Of a DNA stretch of 64,000 nucleotides, positions 48,292 to 58,157 are shown in pieces (positions within the stretch are counted from its first letter, which is position 1; the number at the start of each line of letters is the position of its first letter). The notes below the pieces were generated by a model. It did no database searches and was not told where the DNA came from. It worked only from the letters and a program-made list of their open reading frames with translations. The DNA is taken from NCBI GenBank assembly GCA_963775425.1, contig CAVZJB010000011.1, positions 1 to 64,000 on the forward strand. Reading direction: 5' to 3'. The position numbers and the translations under genes are program-made. This DNA comes from an uncultured delta proteobacterium. GTDB lineage: Bacteria > Myxococcota > UBA727 > VGSZ01.

Positions 48292-48963
48292 ATGCTCGGC
48301 CGTCTGATCATCGCCGCCCTCGTGATCTGCTCGGCCGCGTTCGTCGTCTGGCAGCGCCAGAAGTCGGAGACCGTCACCGTCAGCGCCTCGGTCGACGCCC
48401 ACAAGGCGGAGGCCGCCGAGGCCCGCGCCGCCGCCGCCGAGAAGCGCGCCGCCGACGCCGAGGCCGCCGCCGCCGAGGCAGCGGTGAAGGCCGAGGTGCT
48501 CCAGGAGCAGCTCGATGATACGCGCGCGAAGCTCGACGACGCCGTCGACGCCCAGCTTTCGCCGCACATCGCCGAGGCGCGCTACCTCGGCATCGGCCGC
48601 GACGTCGTCGGTCCGGTCACGAGCCTCGCCGACGGGAGGGGCGACGCGCACATCGCCCTCACCCTGGCGGGTCCGCCGGGGAAGATCCGGCGCGTCCGCG
48701 CGTTCACGAGCGATCGGGACGGCCGCCCCATGTGGTCCGAGGCGTGGGACACGCAGACCGGCCCGCATCCGCTCGCGCTGCTCGAGGGGCACAAGCGGCT
48801 CGACCTGCGGCGGACCGGCGGCCTCTTCACGAGCGGCGGCGTCACCCACCTCGACCTCGGCTGCAGCGACACCGGCTGGTTCACCCGCGGCGGCACCGTC
48901 ACCATCGAGCTCACGCGCGGCGACGGGCACACCATGCGGGCCACCGTCCCCATCGACCGCTGA
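48292..48963 (+). CDS. Hypothetical membrane-anchored protein with coiled coil
   Basis: GGAGG RBS, N-terminal TM helix, Ala-rich helix. Confidence 0.65.
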   Translation: MLGRLIIAALVICSAAFVVWQRQKSETVTVSASVDAHKAEAAEARAAAAEKRAADAEAAAAEAAVKAEVLQEQLDDTRAKLDDAVDAQLSPHIAEARYLGIGRDVVGPVTSLADGRGDAHIALTLAGPPGKIRRVRAFTSDRDGRPMWSEAWDTQTGPHPLALLEGHKRLDLRRTGGLFTSGGVTHLDLGCSDTGWFTRGGTVTIELTRGDGHTMRATVPIDR

Positions 48964-48969
48964 GCGCCG

Positions 48970-50514
48970 TCAGCGCTTGCCGAGATCCGAGAGCGCACGC
49001 CTGGCGGCGTTGTGGCCGCCGCAGCCGATGACGCTCCCGGCGGGGTGGGTGCCCGCGCTGCAGGAGTACAGGCCGTCGACGGGGAGCGCGTAGGGCATGC
49101 GCTCGTCGAAGGCGAAGCCGTTGTCGACGTGGTGGATGTGGCCGCGCGTGATGCCGAAGTGCTCCTCGATGGCCGCGGGGTGAAGCGGCATCATGTCGAT
49201 GACGAGGTCGCTGGTTCCGGGAGCGAAGCGATCGCAGAGCGACAGCAGGTGCCGCGCGTACCTCTCCGCCTCCACGTCCCACGTGCTCTCGGCCAGGGCG
49301 TAGGGCACCCACTGCACGAAGAGCGCGCTGTTGTGGTTGCCCTCGGCGTCTTTCATCGACGGATCGATGGTGGTGTGGATGTACCACTCGATGGTCGGGA
49401 ACTGCGGCAGCCGGCCGTTCTTGACGTCGTCGAAGCCATCCTTGAGCGACGCGAGCACGCGATCTTCGTCGGGGAGCAGGTGGATGGTCGGGCCGTACTG
49501 GCCGCGGTCCTCCGGCAGGCAGGTGAACTTCGGGAGCCCCTTGAGCGCCAGGTTGACCTTGAAGGTGCTGCCGTCGCGGCGGAACCGCTCGAGCTTCTGC
49601 AGGAAGCTCCACGGCAGGTTCTGCGCGCCCGCGAGCTTCACGGTGCGGAACGGGTCCGCGTTCACCAACACGGCGCGCGCGCGGATCTCGTCGTCGCCGA
49701 CGACCACGCCGCGGGCGACGCCGCCTTCGACGACGACGCGGTCCACCTTCATGTCGCACTCGATGGTGACGCCCAACGCGCGCGCTCTCTCGGCGAAGAG
49801 CTGCGGGATGGTGCCCATGCCGCCCTCGACGATCATGAAGGTGCCGTCGCTCCCCGGCAGCCGACACATGTTGTGGACGAGGAAGTTGTGGCCGGTGCCG
49901 GGCGTGTCGTAGCTGCCGTACAGGCCGGAGAAGCCGTCGGTGACGGCGTACATGGCCTTCACGAGGTCGCTCTTGAAGTCGAAGCGCTCGATGTACGCGC
50001 CGACGCTGCCGCGCACGAGATCCACGAACGTGCGCCGCAACGAAGGCCGCACGTAGCGCTCCGCGGTGGCCTCGACGGAGAGCGGCTCCTCCATCCAGGT
50101 CTTGGCGATGTCGTCGCGCATCGCGTGGACCTCGGCGAGCATGGCCTCGTTGGCCCGCCAGTCCGCCTCGGAGAAGAACGAGAGGAACTGCTCCTTCATC
50201 GACGCCTTGTCGGAGCCGAACAGCAGGTAGCGCGTGTCGCGCGTGGGGAGGAAGTAGTGCGGGTCGCGGCGGCGGATGGGGATGTCGACGCCGGTGGCCT
50301 GCATGATCTCCGGCGGCATCACGCCGAGGAGGTACGCGCCGGTGCTGGTGGCGAGGTGGGGCGCGTTCTTGAACGGCTTCTCGGTCTTGGTGGCGCCGCC
50401 GATGGTGCTCTTCTCCTCGAGCACGAGCACCTTCAAGCCCGCCTGCGCGAGCATGATGGAACAGACGAGGCCGTTGTGGCCTGCGCCGACGATGACGGCG
50501 TCGAACGAACGCAT
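48970..50514 (-). CDS. Phytoene desaturase-family FAD-dependent oxidoreductase
   Basis: GAGHNGL, GGMG, GHIHH, AGTHPAGSVIGCGGHNAA. Confidence 0.9.
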   Translation of the reverse strand: MRSFDAVIVGAGHNGLVCSIMLAQAGLKVLVLEEKSTIGGATKTEKPFKNAPHLATSTGAYLLGVMPPEIMQATGVDIPIRRRDPHYFLPTRDTRYLLFGSDKASMKEQFLSFFSEADWRANEAMLAEVHAMRDDIAKTWMEEPLSVEATAERYVRPSLRRTFVDLVRGSVGAYIERFDFKSDLVKAMYAVTDGFSGLYGSYDTPGTGHNFLVHNMCRLPGSDGTFMIVEGGMGTIPQLFAERARALGVTIECDMKVDRVVVEGGVARGVVVGDDEIRARAVLVNADPFRTVKLAGAQNLPWSFLQKLERFRRDGSTFKVNLALKGLPKFTCLPEDRGQYGPTIHLLPDEDRVLASLKDGFDDVKNGRLPQFPTIEWYIHTTIDPSMKDAEGNHNSALFVQWVPYALAESTWDVEAERYARHLLSLCDRFAPGTSDLVIDMMPLHPAAIEEHFGITRGHIHHVDNGFAFDERMPYALPVDGLYSCSAGTHPAGSVIGCGGHNAARRALSDLGKR

Positions 50515-51075
50515 TCAGGTCTCCTCGGTCTTCGGGGCGAACACTTTCTCGATCGCCTTCTCGAGGCGGCGCGCCTGCGCGTCGGCGTCGAAGGGGTCGG
50601 CGATGAGGAGCTCCGTGCCGTCTTGCAGCTTGGCGTAGAGGCTGAAGCTCTTGGTGACGAGGAGCTTGCCGCCGCGCGTGGAGCTCCTGTTCTCGAAGCT
50701 CTTCACGTGGAAGCTGAGCACGTCCTTGGTGGTGAGCTCGCGGCTGCCCGCGCGCCCGATGGGACCCACCCGCACGGACAAGGATCCGGGCGTGACGACG
50801 ACGTGGGTGCTGTTGAGCCCGCGCTTGAGCGCGCCGACGACGAGCCAGCCCCACAGCGGCGACGCGACCGCGAGGCCGACGCCGGCGCCGAGGAGGTCGA
50901 AGATCTTGCCGCCGATGCCGCCGGCGAAGAGGACGACGATGATGCCGAGGAACGTGAGGGCGAAGATGTCGCCGGGGTCGCGGTGCTTGTTCACGAGGAC
51001 GACGCGCTCATCGGAGGCCTCGAGCGTGAAGCCCTCCGGGAGTTGCACGTCAGCGACGGGATCCGGAGCCGTCAC
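50515..51075 (-). CDS. Hypothetical membrane protein (2 TM plus PH-like domain)
   Basis: Two hydrophobic segments, GTG start overlapping the upstream stop. Confidence 0.65.
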   Translation of the reverse strand: MTAPDPVADVQLPEGFTLEASDERVVLVNKHRDPGDIFALTFLGIIVVLFAGGIGGKIFDLLGAGVGLAVASPLWGWLVVGALKRGLNSTHVVVTPGSLSVRVGPIGRAGSRELTTKDVLSFHVKSFENRSSTRGGKLLVTKSFSLYAKLQDGTELLIADPFDADAQARRLEKAIEKVFAPKTEET

Positions 51076-51926
51076 AGGTTCACCTCGTAGGGAATGCGAA
51101 TGTGGAGTTGCAGGAACGGTCCGCCGAGGTGCCACAGTGAGTCCTCGACGGGCGTGATCTCCCAGGGCGGTCTCCCGAACGGTTGCGGGATGAAGAGGTC
51201 GCTGGACCACCCTGCGGAGATCACGAAGCTCCTGGTGACGGGCACCTCGAGGATGAGGGCCGCGTTGATGCCCGGGCGCAGAAAGTGCGTGATGCTGTTT
51301 TGCGAGAGGGAGCCGCCGCCGAGCGACGCGCTGTGGATGAAGATGTACGCGACGTCGACGGCGCCGTTCAGGGAGATGTTGGCCGCGCGCGTGTCGAGGA
51401 GCGTGACGCCGAGGCCGAGGGGGCGCCACACGGCGCCGTACATGCCGGTCCTGGCGCCGAGGTCGAGGACCTGCGGCGAGATGATGAGCCGCTCGGGGAC
51501 GAGCGCGACGAACCAGGGCCGGTAGCGCACCTCGGACAGGCCGCGGGCGGCGCCGCGCAGGCCCGCCGGGATCTGATCCCGGTGCGCGTTGATGAGCGCC
51601 TTGTCGATGACGGCGGCGAGCGACAGCTCGAGGCCGGTGAAGACGGCCTGGTCCTGCAGCGCCGGCGGGTTCGGGAACATGACGACGGGCCCGACGCCGA
51701 CGTCGATGGGGACGGTGACGGGCCCCGCCGGTCTCCGCCGCGCGGGCGCCCGCCGCCCTCGTCGCGGCCGCGGCCGCCCGCGCAGCGCCGCGGTCCTCGC
51801 CGCCGCCGCCGGGGGGGACGCGGCGGCGACGACCGGGGCCGCCGCCGCGTCGTCCGACTGTGCCCCGCCCTCGTGCGGCGCGAGCGGCGCCGCCGACAGG
51901 GCCAGGGCGACGAGCGGGAGGATCAC
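51072..51926 (-). CDS. Hypothetical exported beta-rich protein
   Basis: Signal peptide, amphipathic beta strands, coupled to neighbours. Confidence 0.65.
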   Translation of the reverse strand: MILPLVALALSAAPLAPHEGGAQSDDAAAAPVVAAASPPAAAARTAALRGRPRPRRGRRAPARRRPAGPVTVPIDVGVGPVVMFPNPPALQDQAVFTGLELSLAAVIDKALINAHRDQIPAGLRGAARGLSEVRYRPWFVALVPERLIISPQVLDLGARTGMYGAVWRPLGLGVTLLDTRAANISLNGAVDVAYIFIHSASLGGGSLSQNSITHFLRPGINAALILEVPVTRSFVISAGWSSDLFIPQPFGRPPWEITPVEDSLWHLGGPFLQLHIRIPYEVNL

Positions 51927-52427
51927 TCAGCCGAGCTGGGTGAGCATGGTCTCGGCGGTGCTCGCCTCGAACTTGCCGGGCTCCTCGACGTTCACCTTCT
52001 TCACCACGCCGTCGTCGACGAACATGGAGAAGCGCTTCACGCGCAGGCCGAGGCCGGCGCCGCCGAGGTCGGTCTCGAGGCCGAGCTTCTTGGCGAGCTC
52101 GGCGCTGCCGTCGCCCAGCATGCGGATCTTGCCGAGGGCCTTCTCGCTCTGGCCCCACGCGGCCATGACGTAGCCGTCGTTGACGGCGACGCACCACACC
52201 TCGTCGACGCCCTTCTTCTTGAGGTCGTCGAGGTGCGCGACGAAGCCCGGGACGTGCTTGGCCGAGCAGGTGGGGGTGAACGCGCCGGGCACGCCGAAGA
52301 TGACGATCTTCTTGCCCTTGCTCGCCTCCGCCACGGACACCTTGCCGGGCGCTACGGGGCAGAACTCACCGATCTCGGTGGACTCGAACAGGGTGGCGTC
52401 GGGCAGCTTGTCTCCAGCTTGGATCAT
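51927..52427 (-). CDS. Peroxiredoxin (Prx5/type 2)
   Basis: PGAFTPTCSAKHVP, VNDGYVM, KRFSM. Confidence 0.93.
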   Translation of the reverse strand: MIQAGDKLPDATLFESTEIGEFCPVAPGKVSVAEASKGKKIVIFGVPGAFTPTCSAKHVPGFVAHLDDLKKKGVDEVWCVAVNDGYVMAAWGQSEKALGKIRMLGDGSAELAKKLGLETDLGGAGLGLRVKRFSMFVDDGVVKKVNVEEPGKFEASTAETMLTQLG

Positions 52428-52846
52428 GGTCTTTCTCCGTATGTGAACGTCATCGAGACGTCGACGTCGCCGAGGGACAACGCGACAGGACAGGTGCGGG
52501 CAATCTCCTCGAGGCGCGCGCGCTGCGGAGGCGAGAGCGCCGCAGGCAGCTCGAGCGTCAACGAGAGCCCGGCGATCTTTCGCGGCGGCGCCGCGGACAT
52601 CTCCTTGCGCACGCGGCCGCGCATGGAGCCGGCGGGCAGCTCGATGCCCTCCCTCGGCGCCTTGATGGCCATGGTGGTGACCGCGCACGACAACAGCGCG
52701 GCGCCGACGAGGTCGGTGGGCGAGAAGCGCTCACCCTTGCCCATGTTGTCGACGGGGGCGTCGGTGCCGATCTTCGTGGAGGACGGCTCGTGCGCGACGT
52801 CGCAGCGGAGGTCGCCGGCGTACGTCAGGGACATCAACACCGCCAT
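52424..52846 (-). CDS. OsmC family protein
   Basis: TDAPVDNMGKGERFSPTDL...C, CPVALSL. Confidence 0.92.
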   Translation of the reverse strand: MAVLMSLTYAGDLRCDVAHEPSSTKIGTDAPVDNMGKGERFSPTDLVGAALLSCAVTTMAIKAPREGIELPAGSMRGRVRKEMSAAPPRKIAGLSLTLELPAALSPPQRARLEEIARTCPVALSLGDVDVSMTFTYGERP

Positions 52847-52848
52847 CG

Positions 52849-53928
52849 TCAGCCGAGCCCCCGCTCGTCGAGGTCTTCCTCGTCGAGACCGAGGTAGTGA
52901 CCCACCTCGTGAAGCAGCGTGGTGGACACGAGGTCGCGCAGCTCCTCCTCGGTGGCGCACGAGATCTCGATGTTCTTGCGGAACAGCGTGATGCAGCTCG
53001 GGAAGTGGCCCCACGGGTCCGTGCCCTCGGCCAACGACGGCGGCGTGCCCTCGTACAGGCCGAGCGACCCGGGCGACAGCGGCGGATCCGACTGCTGCAG
53101 TCGCTCCATCGGCGGCACGTCCTCGACGGTGACGGCGACGTTCTTCAGGTAGTCGCGGACCTGTTGCGGCAGCTCCTCGAGGCCCTCCTCCATCAGCTTG
53201 GCGAAGGCGTCCTCGCTGGCCCGGAACGGGGGACGGAAGCGCTCGTCGTCGAGCTGGACGGCTCTGGCGAACGCCTTGTCGGCGCCCTTGTCGTCGCCGC
53301 GCGCGGTGAGGATGCGGCCGCGAAGCCAGAAGGCGTCCGCGCACCGCGGGTCCCTGTCGACGGCCTGCGCCACCGCCTTTTCGGCATCGTCGAGGCGGCA
53401 CACGTCGAAGAGCGCGGCGCCGAGCGCCACGCGCGCCATGGGGTCCTCGGTCGCGAGCTTGCTGGCGCGCTCGGCCGCCTCGAGAGCGCCGTTTTGGTCG
53501 TGGTCGGCGGCGCGGGCGTCGCTCAGCGTGAGGAGCACCTCGAGCGCGAAGTCCTCGCGCGCCTCCGCCTTGGCCTCGCCGTCGACGCCGCCGACGTCGG
53601 GCTCCTCGCCCTTGTCGATGCGCGCGACGAGCTCCTCGAGGAGCGGCCGCGCGCCGGGGACGTCGTCGTAGACGTCGAGGAGCAGCGTGGCGAGCTTCAG
53701 CCGCAGGAGCATGCTCCCGGGCATCTGCTCCACGGCCTCCTCGGCCGCCGTCACCGCCTCTTCGCTTTGGCCCTCGGCGTCGAGCAGCTCGATCTCGAAC
53801 AGCCGCACCTCCGCGGACCTGGCGTCGATGCGCCGCGCCTTGTCGAGCGCGGCGCGCGCCGCATCGAGGCGTTCGTCGTAGAGGGCCTCGTAGGCCTCGT
53901 CGAGAGCTGTGGCGAGCGCGTCGGACAT
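52849..53928 (-). CDS. TPR plus zincin-like metallopeptidase
   Basis: TPR helices, LGLYEG, ITLFRKNI, TLLHEVGHYLG. Confidence 0.88.
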   Translation of the reverse strand: MSDALATALDEAYEALYDERLDAARAALDKARRIDARSAEVRLFEIELLDAEGQSEEAVTAAEEAVEQMPGSMLLRLKLATLLLDVYDDVPGARPLLEELVARIDKGEEPDVGGVDGEAKAEAREDFALEVLLTLSDARAADHDQNGALEAAERASKLATEDPMARVALGAALFDVCRLDDAEKAVAQAVDRDPRCADAFWLRGRILTARGDDKGADKAFARAVQLDDERFRPPFRASEDAFAKLMEEGLEELPQQVRDYLKNVAVTVEDVPPMERLQQSDPPLSPGSLGLYEGTPPSLAEGTDPWGHFPSCITLFRKNIEISCATEEELRDLVSTTLLHEVGHYLGLDEEDLDERGLG

Positions 53929-53968
53929 GCGCTCCGGGTGCCCAATCCGCGGGCGCACCGCAAGGGGG

Positions 53969-55345
53969 TCAGCGACCCATCTTGCGGATGGGGTCCATCG
54001 CCATCTCGTTCATCTTGTTGATGATCTCCGACATGGCCTGCATGATCTGTTGATACTGATTCATCATCAGGTTGATCTGCTGGAACATCACCTGACGTGA
54101 CGTCGGGTCGATCTGCGCGGGCAGCGGCTTGAGCTTCACGTCCGGGAGCTCCTTTTGGACGTCCTCGGGCAGCATGGACTTCACGGCGCCGAGCTCGGCC
54201 TGGAAGTCGTGGGCCTGGTCCATCAGGTGATGCAGCTTGTCCTCGCCGAGCGAGTCGACGTCGGCCGAGCCGAGGGCGCGCTTGATGTTCTCTGCGGAGT
54301 GCGCGGCCTTGAACACCGCCGCCCACTCGCGCACCTCCCTGCGGTCGCTCTTCTCCATGGCGGAGACGACCGAGTTGTCGATGGGCGGAAGGCTCCCGAG
54401 CAGGTCGTCGTGGCCGTCGGAGGCGGCGGGGTTGGCCTTCACCTGCGACAGGAATTGCTTGAGCTCCGGCGGGCCGTCGAAGTCCGGGTTGTCCTTCACG
54501 AAGGCGGCGATCTGCGCCGCCACCTTGGCCTTGCCGTCGGGGCTGATGCGGTCGGCCTGCGCGAGCAACTGCTTGATGTTGTCCTTCATCAGGCCGCGCA
54601 TCTCGTCTTCGCGCTTGGGGTCGTCGAAGGTGGAGAGCTTCTCGTTCATCTCGTTCATGAACTTGAGCGAGCTCCTGCCGAGCGCGGCCATCAGGCGGTC
54701 TTCGAAGAACGGTGAGCGCGCGTACTTGTCGAACAGCGCCATGGTGGGGTCGCCGTTGTTGCGCTTGGCGCTGGTCTCTACGTAGGCCTTGCGGCCGCCG
54801 TCCGGGTCCGCCTTGACGTCGCCGTCGCTGAACACCGACTGCGCCGCCTTGTGCATCTCGCCCGCCAGCGCTTCACCCGCCTTGCCCCCGCCGGCGGCGT
54901 TGGCGGCGGCGTCGATGAGGCCGTCCGCCTCCTTGATGTGCTTGGCCGACGCCGTCTTGGGCGCCGTGGCCGCCTCGATCTTGGCGTCCGCGACGCTGCG
55001 CACGCGCCCGGACACGTCGATGGGCGCGGCGGTCTTCGGGACGAAGTCGAGCAGCTTCTTCCTGGCCGCCTCGTCGGAGATCTCGAACTTGTCGCGGAAC
55101 AGGTCGAGCACCTGCACCGCGTCGGCGCGGTCGGCGGCGGGCAAGCCCTCGACGTGGGCGAGCAGGCGGTCGACCTCGGGGCCCTTGAGCGAGATCTTCT
55201 TGTCGGGGTCCGTGAGGGAGTCCGCGATCTGCAGGCCCTTCGACTTCAGCCCCGCGCCCTCGTTGGCCGTTTTGCCCGCGGCGTCGCGGAACAGGCGGCT
55301 CAGGTAGGTGTTGGCGTTCTGCGGGTTGAGCGAGAGACCTTGCAT
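53969..55345 (-). CDS. Hypothetical helical protein with Met/Gln-rich C-terminal helix
   Basis: Host-like codon usage. C-terminus MFQQINLMMNQYQQIMQAMSEIINKMNEMAMDPIRKM. Confidence 0.7.
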   Translation of the reverse strand: MQGLSLNPQNANTYLSRLFRDAAGKTANEGAGLKSKGLQIADSLTDPDKKISLKGPEVDRLLAHVEGLPAADRADAVQVLDLFRDKFEISDEAARKKLLDFVPKTAAPIDVSGRVRSVADAKIEAATAPKTASAKHIKEADGLIDAAANAAGGGKAGEALAGEMHKAAQSVFSDGDVKADPDGGRKAYVETSAKRNNGDPTMALFDKYARSPFFEDRLMAALGRSSLKFMNEMNEKLSTFDDPKREDEMRGLMKDNIKQLLAQADRISPDGKAKVAAQIAAFVKDNPDFDGPPELKQFLSQVKANPAASDGHDDLLGSLPPIDNSVVSAMEKSDRREVREWAAVFKAAHSAENIKRALGSADVDSLGEDKLHHLMDQAHDFQAELGAVKSMLPEDVQKELPDVKLKPLPAQIDPTSRQVMFQQINLMMNQYQQIMQAMSEIINKMNEMAMDPIRKMGR

Positions 55346-55353
55346 GTGGGGCC

Positions 55354-56112
55354 CTATTCCGGTTTCTCGTCGACGGGCACGAGGCGGTTGCCGACGACGG
55401 CGTACGTGGTCTTTTCCTGATGGGTGCGGTCGCGCTCGACGATGACCTCGTCGGTCAGGTGCGTGAACTGGCGCTTCTGGGTGGCGCGTCTGTCGTCGCG
55501 GAGGCTCTGGGCGGCCTTGTCGTCGAGCTTCTCCCTGTGGTGCTCGATGCCCTTCTCCATGCGGTCTTCCGCGACCATGAGCGCCGTCTGGTACGCCAGG
55601 AAGCGCCCGCTCTTCATGAAGCGCTGCGCACCGTGGCTCAAGAAGCGCCCGTGGACGATGTGCTTGTCGAGGAGCGGCCACGCCTTCTTGATGTCGGCGT
55701 CGCTGAACTGCTTGCGCAGCCCCGCGATGTCGTGCTCGTCGAGCTTGACGGCGCGCAGGTCGTCGAGCGTGAACAGCCGCCCCTCGCTGGCGGCGTGCGC
55801 GCGCGCCTTCTGGCCCATCAGGCGGTAGAAGGACGTGAGGACGTTGCCCTGGACGCTGCACCCCGGCTTGGGGCTCCAGTCCTCCTGGGAGCAGATCATC
55901 GCGGCGTAGTCGTGCGCGCGCTCGAGCGCCGCCGCCTTGAATTCCGCGTCGAGGGCCTTCCTCGCCTGCGGGGTCCGGGCCTTGCCCAGGGCGGCGTTCT
56001 CCCGGGCCTTGAAGGCGTGCTCGCGCAGCTTCATCTGATCGCGCAGGGCGGTGCCGCCCGCCCTGTCAACGAGCTGAGGCAGGCCTTTTTGCGAGACAGC
56101 AGAGACAGCCAT
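55354..56112 (-). CDS. Hypothetical protein
   Basis: Open frame with host-like codon usage, 8 bp from the next gene. Confidence 0.65.
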   Translation of the reverse strand: MAVSAVSQKGLPQLVDRAGGTALRDQMKLREHAFKARENAALGKARTPQARKALDAEFKAAALERAHDYAAMICSQEDWSPKPGCSVQGNVLTSFYRLMGQKARAHAASEGRLFTLDDLRAVKLDEHDIAGLRKQFSDADIKKAWPLLDKHIVHGRFLSHGAQRFMKSGRFLAYQTALMVAEDRMEKGIEHHREKLDDKAAQSLRDDRRATQKRQFTHLTDEVIVERDRTHQEKTTYAVVGNRLVPVDEKPE

Positions 56113-56262
56113 GGCCACCGTTCTATCCGAAGGAGGGACCCTTTGGCCTGTATCGGCGCAGAGGTAGGCCAAGGTGCGCCGATCCCCCATAGATGTGGGT
56201 CACAGCGCGTCGAACCGGTCTGCGGAGGGCCTCGTATCCCCGGACACCACCAGGGGATCCAC

Positions 56263-57348
56263 ATGAAGAAGCTCGTGCCGCTGTTCGTGACCTTCTCTCT
56301 CGCCGGCCTGCTGGCCCCGACCCTCGGCTGCCCGCCCGTGGGCGAAGGAGAGGGGGAGGGTGAAGGAGAGGGAGAGGGAGAGGGAGAGGGAGAAGGTGAA
56401 GGAGAGGGCGAAGGCGAGGGCGAGACCATCTTCGACCGCATCGGCGGCGATCAGGGCGTGTCCGACCTCGTCGACGACTTCGTCGGCGTCGTCCTCGTCG
56501 ACCCCAACATCAACGGCTACTTCAGCAACGACAGCCTCGACGCCGACCGGCTGTTCTCCTGCTTGAACCACGAGGTTGCCGCCGCCACCGGCAAGGCAGG
56601 CGAGACCTACCCGGGGATCACCGACGCCAACGACACCGACGACCTCCCGTCGACGGTGAACGCCGGCGGCACCGTGACCTGCCGCAGCATGCTCACCGCG
56701 CACCAGGGCCTCGGCATCTCGCAGAACGACTTCGACGACCTCATCGCCGACTTCGCGCAGGCCATGGTCGACCGCGGCGTCGCCGACGCCGACCAGGCCG
56801 CCATCGCCGGCGTGCTCGGCGGGCTCAAGACCGACATCGTCGAGGACGAGACCAACGACGCCACCATCTACCAGCGGCTCGGCCGAAAGCCCGGGATCCT
56901 GACGGCCCTGGCGGGCACCGACTGCGACCCGACCAACGCCGGGGATCAGGACTGCTTCGTCGCCACCGTCCTCGCGGACGCCGAGATCAACGGGTTCTTC
57001 ACCAACGACGCCAACCTCGACGCCTCCCGCCTGGTGACGTGCCTCGAGCGGCAGGTGACGCAGGCCACCGGCGGGCCCGACGTCTACGACCACGACAACG
57101 GCCTCGTCGACGGCGACTCGCTGGGGGGCGACAACCTCGTGCAGTGCCGCTCGATGCTCGAGACGCACCAGAGCCTCACGGACGGGAGCGGCGCCAGCAT
57201 CAACATCGACGACTTCAACGCGCTGGTCGTCGACCTCAACACGGTGCTGACCACCCTCGGCGTCGCGGACGGCGACATCGCCACCATCGACGGCGCCCTC
57301 GGCGGCACCTGCGGCGACATCGTGACCGGCGGGACCGGGTGCCAGTAA
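56263..57348 (+). CDS. Lipoprotein with GE linker and two group I truncated hemoglobin domains
   Basis: Lipobox TLGC. TIFDRIGG...DPNINGYF...RSMLTAHQGLGISQNDFD, repeated as TIYQRLG...RSMLETH...DDFNALV. Confidence 0.85.
   Translation: MKKLVPLFVTFSLAGLLAPTLGCPPVGEGEGEGEGEGEGEGEGEGEGEGEGEGETIFDRIGGDQGVSDLVDDFVGVVLVDPNINGYFSNDSLDADRLFSCLNHEVAAATGKAGETYPGITDANDTDDLPSTVNAGGTVTCRSMLTAHQGLGISQNDFDDLIADFAQAMVDRGVADADQAAIAGVLGGLKTDIVEDETNDATIYQRLGRKPGILTALAGTDCDPTNAGDQDCFVATVLADAEINGFFTNDANLDASRLVTCLERQVTQATGGPDVYDHDNGLVDGDSLGGDNLVQCRSMLETHQSLTDGSGASINIDDFNALVVDLNTVLTTLGVADGDIATIDGALGGTCGDIVTGGTGCQ
56341..56424 (+). repeat. (GE)14 coding repeat
   Basis: Directly visible. Confidence 0.9.
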
Positions 57349-57358
57349 GCTGCGGCGC

Positions 57359-58153
57359 ATGAAGCGCGCCGCCGTCATCGCCGTCGCCGTGGTCGCCTTC
57401 CTGGCGGCCGCGGCGTTCGGCGTTCGCAGCTACATGGTGTGGGACCGCCGGCGCGACAAGCTGCCGGCCTTCACCGAGATCCCGCCGGGACAGCGCGCGC
57501 CCAAAGGGCAGACCATCCTGTTCGGGCTCGACGTGGGCCGCTCGACGCTGACGAACGTGGAGGCGTGGGAGGCCGCGCGCGGCCTCAAGTGCGTGAACAC
57601 GTCGATGCGCGCGCTGATGGAAGAAAAGCGGCAGGAGATCAAGCGTCAGATGAAGGAGGCCAAGGCGAACGGCGACGACCCCGACGGCGTCACTGGCGCC
57701 TCGCTCGCGGACTATCACTCGCGGAAAGAGCAGAACCCGCAGGTGCGCCTCTCGTGCGAGGACGTGGCCGGCGCCGCCCTGGCGGATCGCCCGCGCGACG
57801 ACGAGAAGGGGCGCGTGCTCATCGTGCTCGACAGCGACAAGCTCCCGGTGCGCCACATCTCCTTCGCGCCCAAATTCACCGATCCCGCGCTGGCGCTCGA
57901 AAAGCTGAAGGCGGCCACGGCGGCGATGACCGCGCGCTTCGGCCCGCCCACCAAGAGCGTCAACGGCGCGCCCGACGGCGACGAGCCGTTCCCGCCGCTC
58001 AAGATCTTCAAGCGCGAGTGGCGCTTCACCGATCTGCGCGCCGAGGTCTCGGCCATGAGCTTCGGCAAGCGCGGCGTCGAGGTGAAGGAGACGCTCGAGG
58101 TGCCGTGGCCGGTGCGCTCCGACGCCCCCACGCGCCCCGACGCACCGCGCTGA
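57359..58153 (+). CDS. Hypothetical membrane-anchored protein
   Basis: N-terminal hydrophobic helix, host codon usage. Confidence 0.65.
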   Translation: MKRAAVIAVAVVAFLAAAAFGVRSYMVWDRRRDKLPAFTEIPPGQRAPKGQTILFGLDVGRSTLTNVEAWEAARGLKCVNTSMRALMEEKRQEIKRQMKEAKANGDDPDGVTGASLADYHSRKEQNPQVRLSCEDVAGAALADRPRDDEKGRVLIVLDSDKLPVRHISFAPKFTDPALALEKLKAATAAMTARFGPPTKSVNGAPDGDEPFPPLKIFKREWRFTDLRAEVSAMSFGKRGVEVKETLEVPWPVRSDAPTRPDAPR

Positions 58154-58157
58154 CGCG

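Noticed and set aside
51720-51820. Possible compensating frameshifts in the Arg-rich linker near a G7 run
   Set aside because: The frame stays open from signal peptide to C-terminus, so this cannot be supported without homologues.
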